Shown in pieces: positions 58,589-64,000 of a stretch of DNA of 64,000 nucleotides (the stretch's first letter is position 1; the number at the start of each line of letters is the position of its first letter). Under the pieces are notes generated by a model. It made no database searches. It was not told the origin of the DNA and was given only the letters and a program-made list of their open reading frames with translations. The DNA comes from a virus: the IMG/VR virus record IMGVR_UViG_3300030616_000017, positions 32,001 through 96,000 of that record, one strand, 5' to 3'. The position numbers and the translations under genes were made by a program.

Positions 58589-58615
58589 GGGTAAAAACAA
58601 CTATAGGAGGTTGGA

Positions 58616-59827
58616 ATGAAACTTTTCACAGAAACATGGAAACAAAAGATGCAGGATATCATTGTAGGTATTCAGTATCTTTTCGTAGCGGCAGGAGCAA
58701 CAATTCTTGTTCCTCTGTTAACAGGTATTCCTGTATCAGTATGCGTAGTGACAGCTGGTATAGGGACTCTTATTTTTCACTTCATTACGGGTAAGGGAGT
58801 ACCTGTTCTTCTTTCTTCATCGTTTGCATTTATTGCGCCGATTGTGGCTGTAAAAGAACTATATGGTTTGCCTTTTGCATACGGAGGAGTTATTGTAGCT
58901 GGTTTATTGTACTTACTGTTTGCAGCTCTTATCTATTTTGTTGGGTTAGAGTTTATTAAAAAACTATTTCCCACCCCTGTGACAGCAACGATGGTAATTC
59001 TAATCGGTTTAATTTTAGCTCCTGTTGCGATTTCAAGTGCTTCACAAAACTGGATTATTGCTTTGATTACTCTTGCTGCTGGAGCTGCTATTAAAGTTGT
59101 GTGGGATAATAAATTCATTGGCTCATTAGCTATAATTGGAGCAATGGCTGTAGGATATCTTGTTTCAATAGCAGCAGGAATTGTAGATGTAAGCGCTGTT
59201 CAAGCAGCTGCGCTTGTAGGTGTTCCTGAATTTCAATTACCTCAATTTAATGCAAACGCTATTATGATTATTGCTCCGATTGCTATTGTAACATTTCTAG
59301 AACATTTTGCAGATATTTCCGCAGTGAGTAAAGTAGTTGAAAAAGATTTTCTAAAAGATCCTGGTGTACATAAAACATTGATAGGCGATGGTATAGCAAC
59401 AGCAATTGCTGGTTGTTTAGGAGGTTGTCCTAATACCACGTATTCAGAAAATATAGGGGCATTAGAGATTACAGGAGTTAAGAGAGCTAGCGTACTAAGA
59501 ATAACAGCTATAGCTTTAATCGTGGTAGGGTTTCTTCCTAAGATTGCATACCTTATTCATTCTATTCCTGCTCCTGTTGTGGGAGGAATCAGCATTCTTC
59601 TTTTCGGTCTTATCTCAGCAAATGGAGTTAAAAACCTAGTACAAGAACAAATTGATCTCAAAGATCATAAGAACCTCTTTATTATAGCGTCCATGTTAAT
59701 TGTTGGTGCTGGAGGCTCAGTTATTGAAATAGGTTCAGTTACATTTTCCAGCTTAGCTCTTGCAGCTCTTGTAGGTATAGTGATGAACGTAGCGTTCAAT
59801 TGGAAAACTTTTTTCAAAAAAAGTTAA
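58616..59827 (+). CDS. uraA: NCS2/UraA-family nucleobase permease
   Basis: GATILVP, SSFAFI, EH..D, GDG.AT, PNTTYSENIG; many TM helices. Confidence 0.9.
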   Translation: MKLFTETWKQKMQDIIVGIQYLFVAAGATILVPLLTGIPVSVCVVTAGIGTLIFHFITGKGVPVLLSSSFAFIAPIVAVKELYGLPFAYGGVIVAGLLYLLFAALIYFVGLEFIKKLFPTPVTATMVILIGLILAPVAISSASQNWIIALITLAAGAAIKVVWDNKFIGSLAIIGAMAVGYLVSIAAGIVDVSAVQAAALVGVPEFQLPQFNANAIMIIAPIAIVTFLEHFADISAVSKVVEKDFLKDPGVHKTLIGDGIATAIAGCLGGCPNTTYSENIGALEITGVKRASVLRITAIALIVVGFLPKIAYLIHSIPAPVVGGISILLFGLISANGVKNLVQEQIDLKDHKNLFIIASMLIVGAGGSVIEIGSVTFSSLALAALVGIVMNVAFNWKTFFKKS

Positions 59828-59835
59828 GAAAGTAG

Positions 59836-59864
59836 TTGAAAAATCTCTTTCGCTTGGTTATATT
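59836..59864 (+). promoter_or_regulatory. Early/middle promoter TTGAAA-17-TATATT for the RNA cluster
   Basis: Exact spacing, 10 bp before the tmRNA-like 5' end. Confidence 0.8.
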
Positions 59865-59873
59865 ATGAGGAGA

Positions 59874-59978
59874 GGGGGAGAAAATGGATTCGACTGCTAC
59901 ACTGCTGAAGCGACGAAAGGCCCAAAGTAACGAAAGCTGAGGTGTAGCAGGACTCGGGTTCGATGCCCGACTCCTCCA
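59874..59978 (+). ncRNA. Minimal tmRNA-like RNA (tRNA-like domain only, 105 nt)
   Basis: 5' GGGGGAG...GGATTCGAC; acceptor stem with G3:U70 and discriminator A; helix CTGCTACAC/GTGTAGCAG; GGAC-TCGGG-TTCGATG-CCCGA T-arm. Confidence 0.85.
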
Positions 59979-59991
59979 AAATAAAAAATAT

Positions 59992-60081
59992 GGGCAAGTG
60001 GCGAAGCTGGTTGAAACGCATGAGACTTAAAATCTCATACCCAAGCGGTAAACATCGTGGGTTCGATCCCCACCTTGCCTA
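59992..60081 (+). tRNA. tRNA-Leu(UAA)
   Basis: Cloverleaf, TGAGA-CTTAAAA-TCTCA anticodon arm, long variable arm. Confidence 0.93.
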
Positions 60082-60085
60082 ATAT

Positions 60086-60159
60086 GGCACCTTAGCTCAG
60101 CTGGATAGAGCATGAGATTTCTAATCTCAGGGTCACAGGTTCGAATCCTGTAGGTGTCA
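60086..60159 (+). tRNA. tRNA-Arg(UCU)
   Basis: TGAGA-TTTCTAA-TCTCA; GTTCGAATC T-loop. Confidence 0.93.
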
Positions 60160-60171
60160 TACTAATATAAA
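60160..60171 (+). promoter_or_regulatory. Putative late promoter TACTAATATAAA inside the tRNA cluster
   Basis: One-mismatch motif 5 bp before tRNA-Lys. Confidence 0.55.
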
Positions 60172-60175
60172 AAAT

Positions 60176-60248
60176 GGACCGTTAGCTCAGTCGGTAGAGC
60201 AACGCACTTTTAATGCGTAGGTCACAGGATCGTAGCCTGTACGGTTCA
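60176..60248 (+). tRNA. tRNA-Lys(UUU)
   Basis: ACGCA-CTTTTAA-TGCGT; atypical T-loop ATCGTAG. Confidence 0.9.
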
Positions 60249-60252
60249 CTAA

Positions 60253-60324
60253 GGTTTATTCGTATATTGGTTAGTACGCTGGATTGTCGATCCAGAAGGC
60301 GGGGTTCGATTCCCCGATAGACCG
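60253..60324 (+). tRNA. tRNA-Asp(GUC)
   Basis: CTGGA-TTGTCGA-TCCAG; discriminator G. Confidence 0.88.
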
Positions 60325-60325
60325 T

Positions 60326-60361
60326 TTTTGTAAGAAATCTATATAGTTTTTTCTTACAAAA
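60326..60361 (+). repeat. Inverted repeat TTTTGTAAGAAA/TTTCTTACAAAA between tRNA-Asp and tRNA-Glu
   Basis: Perfect 12-bp stem. Confidence 0.6.
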
Positions 60362-60368
60362 TCTCTTT

Positions 60369-60442
60369 GCTCCCTTCGTCTAATCGGTTAGGATATCGCC
60401 CTTTCAAGGCGAAGATATCGGGTTCAAGTCCCGTAGGGAGTA
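60369..60442 (+). tRNA. tRNA-Glu(UUC)
   Basis: TCGCC-CTTTCAA-GGCGA anticodon arm; GTTCAAG T-loop. Confidence 0.9.
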
Positions 60443-60453
60443 AAACATTTTAC

Positions 60454-60482
60454 TTTACTTTTTGGTAGAAAATGATTATATT
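60454..60482 (+). promoter_or_regulatory. Early/middle promoter TTTACT-17-TATATT
   Basis: Predicted +1 near 60489 coincides with the first base of RNA repeat 1. Confidence 0.75.
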
Positions 60483-60488
60483 ATATAT

Positions 60489-60546
60489 GTAGGCAGAGGG
60501 AGTTCCTCTAAAAAACACGGTGAAAGTTTGAATACTCTCCGCCTAC
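60489..60546 (+). ncRNA. Structured RNA repeat unit 1
   Basis: GTAGGC-AGA-GGGAGT-TCCT...T-ACTCTC-C-GCCTAC; 30-nt loop. Confidence 0.75.
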
Positions 60547-60561
60547 TTTATTGAAATTAAT

Positions 60562-60617
60562 ATGGCATAGAGGGTTCCTATACTATCAACTTTAAATTGA
60601 ATTCTACCCTCCGCCAT
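60562..60617 (+). ncRNA. Structured RNA repeat unit 2
   Basis: ATGGC-ATA-GAGGGT-TCCT...T-ACCCTC-C-GCCAT; 30-nt loop. Confidence 0.75.
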
Positions 60618-60633
60618 TTTAATATGAGTAATT

Positions 60634-60723
60634 AAGGGCATAAGAAGTTCCTAATGTAAAGAATTTACAGGGCAACTCCTACGGGAGCAGGGCCCTGTGC
60701 CAACAAACTTACTTCTCGCCCTT
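60634..60723 (+). ncRNA. Structured RNA repeat unit 3
   Basis: AAGGGC-ATA-AGAAGT-TCCT...T-ACTTCT-C-GCCCTT; 62-nt loop containing an ACAGGGC/GCCCTGT stem and a cUACGg tetraloop. Confidence 0.75.
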
Positions 60724-60750
60724 TTATTAACCTACCAAAAGGAGAATCAA

Positions 60751-62694
60751 ATGATTTCCACTCTACGTCTTTTTAATGGTATTATTATTCCCAACAAAGA
60801 AGTTCCTGAAGATACTAATTCAGTAATATGGCCTCATGAAAAGTCTTACGAACAGCTTACTAAAGAAACTCTCAAGAAAGGATACATTGTTGATAAGGCT
60901 ATCTATTTTAATCTTACTCCTGAAGGCTTAAAAGACTTTAACAAGGCTATGAAAGAAAAGCTTACTTTTCATCGAGATTGGAATAATAGCTTTTATAAGT
61001 CTTGGAATAAACTGGAAACTCTTTCAGATTTTGAATTGCGTTTAGACCAGCTTTTTCATTACTTTACTACGTATGGAGCCGAAGCTCTTGGAATAAAAGA
61101 TTCTTTTGTTTACCTCCCTAAAGGCAATACTTTTATGCCCCCTGTAAGTGAAGATTTTTCTTTTCTTTATATTCGTGGATTTGAAAGAGAAGAAATTCAG
61201 GAAAAGATTGTAGCTATGGTTGGTTCTGGAATTGCTCTAAAAGAAGAAACCATTGAAGATCTTCTTACTATTGTTATGGAATTTTCAAAGAAGCACATTT
61301 TCGACATCTTCTCTGTTTGCAAGAACAAGGAAGTGAAGGTTCGATTAGCAGAGTTATATGATTTTATTCCTAAAAATGTAGGAGAATTTCTTAGATACGT
61401 TATTTACAAGAATACAGGGAAGTCTCTTGTTATTAAGAATAAAGCTACAATTGACGCTATAAAGATAGGGAGAGATAGAAAAACTCCTTCTTATTTCTAT
61501 GCGTATAGAGATGCTTATGGGCTTGAAAGTCTTGCTAAAAACTTTTATCGGTATAAGCCTCTTCTTCTTGCTTTTCGGTCTGCATTCCCTGAACTAAAGC
61601 CACTGATTAATCAAGTAAGAAAACTTGCTGTAAAGTTCCATGAACCTATGAAAGAAGATTTTCTTAATACTGTTACCAAAAAAATCAAACAGAATGCTGT
61701 TCTTAATCTCACCACTTTAGAACAAGAACTCTTTAAGGCAAACACCTTTAGAAAAGTACGGTTGCTATATGCTCTTCAGAATCTGGAAAGCCAAACTGAA
61801 GATAAAATCTATAATATTCGGAACGGTAAACAGTATGTAACGAAAGCAAGTATGCCTCGATTTAAAAAAGAGGATGTTGCTTTTTTAGCTGATAAGGTCT
61901 ATTCTCATATTGTTGAAGATATTAAACCAAATGTAGAAGGTAAGACAGTTTTGGTTCATCCAAGACTTGCATATGCTCTTCCTTCTTCAGAAAAGAATTT
62001 TATAGGAAACTACCCTGTCAAGAGTAAGGTAGAATTCAACAGTACAAGAGACCTGATTATTGGTGTTCACTGGAAAAATCAAAAAAATAGAGTAGATCTA
62101 GATCTTTCTCTTCTTAGTCTTGATGGAACCAAGTTTGGATGGAATGGTCGTTATAGGGATGAAGGAATTCTTTTTTCAGGCGATGTGACTGATGCTCCTG
62201 GAGCAGGAGCTTCTGAGTTTTATTATTTCAAAGGTGTTAAAGACGGGATGTATTCAGTAGTTTTGAATTATTACAATTCTTATGGGGTAGAAGAAGAATG
62301 CCCTTTTGATATAATTATTGGGGCTTTTGATGGACAAGATATTAATAGGAATTTTATGTTACGCCCTGAAAATATTGTTTTTCAAGCCTCCTCATCTATC
62401 GGCCCTGAACAGATTAATCTGGGAATGGTGGTTATAGAGGGAGACAAAAAAGTATTTAGTATGATAGAGGGAAAGAGAGCTCGTGCTTCAGTGTCTGCTA
62501 ACGATGAACTCAATGCTGTATATTTGAATGCACTTAAATCTGAAACTGAAAATATTATATTTCTAACAGATGTGCTTACTGATGCTGGAGCTGTAGTAGT
62601 AGAAGATCGAGAAGATTCAGTTATTGATTTTGATCTTACTCCTACCTATATTCAGAAAGATACCATTATGTCAATGTTTACAAAGGAGAGGTAA
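60751..62694 (+). CDS. Large protein with helical N-terminal region and TerD-like C-terminal domain
   Basis: Start moved to MISTL (AAGGAG RBS); GVHW...DLDLS and SGD.TDAP..GASEF in the C-terminal third. Confidence 0.7.
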   Translation: MISTLRLFNGIIIPNKEVPEDTNSVIWPHEKSYEQLTKETLKKGYIVDKAIYFNLTPEGLKDFNKAMKEKLTFHRDWNNSFYKSWNKLETLSDFELRLDQLFHYFTTYGAEALGIKDSFVYLPKGNTFMPPVSEDFSFLYIRGFEREEIQEKIVAMVGSGIALKEETIEDLLTIVMEFSKKHIFDIFSVCKNKEVKVRLAELYDFIPKNVGEFLRYVIYKNTGKSLVIKNKATIDAIKIGRDRKTPSYFYAYRDAYGLESLAKNFYRYKPLLLAFRSAFPELKPLINQVRKLAVKFHEPMKEDFLNTVTKKIKQNAVLNLTTLEQELFKANTFRKVRLLYALQNLESQTEDKIYNIRNGKQYVTKASMPRFKKEDVAFLADKVYSHIVEDIKPNVEGKTVLVHPRLAYALPSSEKNFIGNYPVKSKVEFNSTRDLIIGVHWKNQKNRVDLDLSLLSLDGTKFGWNGRYRDEGILFSGDVTDAPGAGASEFYYFKGVKDGMYSVVLNYYNSYGVEEECPFDIIIGAFDGQDINRNFMLRPENIVFQASSSIGPEQINLGMVVIEGDKKVFSMIEGKRARASVSANDELNAVYLNALKSETENIIFLTDVLTDAGAVVVEDREDSVIDFDLTPTYIQKDTIMSMFTKER

Positions 62695-62695
62695 A

Positions 62696-63808
62696 ATGAG
62701 AGACCTTGCTTATATTGCTAAAATTGAAAAGCTTGAACCCATTAAAGATAAGGATAGAATTGAACTCGCCACAGTAGCTAATTGGGAAGTAATTGTAGGA
62801 AAAGGAGAATATAAGGTTGGAGACCTTGTGGTGTATGTTGAGTATGATACTGTTCTTCCTGTCAAGCCCGAATTCGAGTTTCTAAGAAAAAGATGTTATT
62901 CAAAACTTTATGACGGGTTTAGAATTCGTAATATGTCAATGGCTGGTGTATTTTCTCAAGGAATTGTGTTTCCTCTCTCTATTCTCCCAAAGAGTGTTAA
63001 GATTGAGGAGGGAAGAAATGTTGCTAAAGAACTAGAAATTGTTCGATATGATCCAGAAGAGATACGAGAAAATAGAATGATTCATAATTCCAAGCCTAAA
63101 AATCCTCTTATGAGATTTAAGTGGTTTAGAAAACTTCGGAATAAATATTTTGGTAAAACTTCCTCTTATCCTTCTACAGTAAAGAAATCTGATGAAACAA
63201 ATATTCAGAAGCTTTTCAACGCGTACAAAGAAAATTATAATGATGTGAAGTTTTATGCTACGGAAAAAGTAGAAGGACAAGCAGCAACCTATGTGCTTAA
63301 ACGAGGTCGCTTTCACGTTTACTCCCACAATAAGAGTGTGCGGAACGATGGAAAAAACAATTGGTCAGCAACTGCTAAACTGTATGACATTGAAAAGAAG
63401 CTGCGTCAGTATAAAAGAAAACACGGAGTAGAGCTTGCAATCCAAGGAGAAATTGCGGGGCCGGGAATTCAAAAGAATATCTATGGGTTTGATACATTTA
63501 GATTTTTCGTATATAAAATCACTAATGTGAAAACAGGTGAAGCGTACAACTTCGTGGATTTAGTTAATCTTATTGTAAAGTTAGATCTATTTCTTTGTCC
63601 TCTTGTTTATACATCTATATATCTTAATGCGTTTGAAACCGTACAGGAAATTCTTGAGCATAGTAATGGAGATAGTGTATTAAGAAAGGATAAGAAGATT
63701 CCAAGAGAAGGGCTTGTATGGAGAGCTGTAGAAGATCAAAATATAGGGTTTAAAGCTAAGAGTCCGGTATACCTTGCAGCTTGGGATAAAAAAGATAAAA
63801 CTGAATAA
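62696..63808 (+). CDS. ATP-dependent RNA ligase (DRB0094/Rnl2-like with N-terminal OB domain)
   Basis: I...DRIE.A.V..W..., SQG, DE.NIQ, motif I TEKVEG, QGE..GPGIQKN.Y, REG.V, FKA.S..YL. Confidence 0.9.
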   Translation: MRDLAYIAKIEKLEPIKDKDRIELATVANWEVIVGKGEYKVGDLVVYVEYDTVLPVKPEFEFLRKRCYSKLYDGFRIRNMSMAGVFSQGIVFPLSILPKSVKIEEGRNVAKELEIVRYDPEEIRENRMIHNSKPKNPLMRFKWFRKLRNKYFGKTSSYPSTVKKSDETNIQKLFNAYKENYNDVKFYATEKVEGQAATYVLKRGRFHVYSHNKSVRNDGKNNWSATAKLYDIEKKLRQYKRKHGVELAIQGEIAGPGIQKNIYGFDTFRFFVYKITNVKTGEAYNFVDLVNLIVKLDLFLCPLVYTSIYLNAFETVQEILEHSNGDSVLRKDKKIPREGLVWRAVEDQNIGFKAKSPVYLAAWDKKDKTE

Positions 63809-63814
63809 AATTAC

Positions 63815-63843
63815 TTGATTTTTTTCAAATTAGCTGTTATATT
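63815..63843 (+). promoter_or_regulatory. Early/middle promoter TTGATT-17-TATATT
   Basis: Exact spacing. Confidence 0.7.
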
Positions 63844-63874
63844 ATAATCTGTAACCAAAATGAAGGAGTTTAAA

Positions 63875-64000
63875 ATGAAAAAACTACTGCTTGTAATTAT
63901 GTTGTTTCTTTTTACCACGTCTTTTACTTTTGCAGGTAAAGCTATCAATACTGAGTTAACTAAGTTTACTTATGAGACTTGTCAGGCACATAATGTCCCT
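63875..64000 (+). CDS. Truncated secreted protein (signal peptide; possibly a lytic transglycosylase)
   Basis: AAGGAG RBS; MKKLLLVIMLFLFTTSFTFA signal peptide; YETCQAHNVP resembles an SLT N-terminal helix. Confidence 0.5.
   Translation, partial: MKKLLLVIMLFLFTTSFTFAGKAINTELTKFTYETCQAHNVP

Noticed and set aside
59903-59941. Hammerhead ribozyme (CTGAAG...GAAA) inside the tmRNA-like RNA
   Set aside because: The core needs CUGANGA but this reads CUGAAGC, and the required stems are not evident
60489-60723. RNA repeats as a mini-CRISPR array
   Set aside because: Units are not identical direct repeats; conservation is in paired flanks around each loop, and no cas genes are present
60697-60750. 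N-terminal extension MPTNLLLALLLT of the TerD-like ORF as a signal peptide
   Set aside because: It overlaps RNA repeat 3, and the RBS supports ATG at 60751
755-63328. Numerous antisense ORFs in the track (e.g. 755-1225, 14384-14911, 21426-21917, 50432-50959)
   Set aside because: They are shadows of well-supported genes on the opposite strand, with no RBS or motifs
1-64000. Alternative genetic code (stop-codon reassignment) as in some large phages
   Set aside because: Conserved genes are full length in code 11, TAA, TAG and TGA all end genes, and no suppressor tRNA is present

Overview
This is a 64-kb segment of a large, AT-rich, T4-like/jumbo tailed bacteriophage genome read in the standard code. 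Genes run leftward from 1 to 48,039 and rightward from 48,151 to 64,000. From left to right the window holds: (i) a late region of probable virion-internal proteins, neck proteins, major capsid protein, prohead protease/scaffold and portal, with a homing endonuclease inserted after the capsid gene; (ii) a macrodomain/Pth2/SbcD early operon; (iii) a 10-gene late-promoter operon for nonulosonic (sialic-type) acid synthesis and transfer; (iv) a sigma factor and a family-A DNA polymerase next to a 7-deazaguanine (preQ0) cluster (folE, queD, queE, queC, yhhQ, TGT/DpdA-like, kinase); (v) replication/recombination genes (helicase, 5'-3' exonuclease, clamp, AEP primase, SSB, RecU, RecA, NrdJ); (vi) an RNA island with a tmRNA reduced to its tRNA-like domain and five tRNAs, followed by three covarying structured RNA repeats transcribed with a TerD-like protein and an RNA ligase. 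Two promoter classes can be read directly from the sequence: TTKNNN-17-TATATT (sigma70-like) and TACTAATATAAT (probably late). The best candidate for an undescribed system is the RNA-repeat/TerD-like/RNA-ligase module at 60,454-63,808. All protein calls come from motif recognition by eye; no database searches were run.
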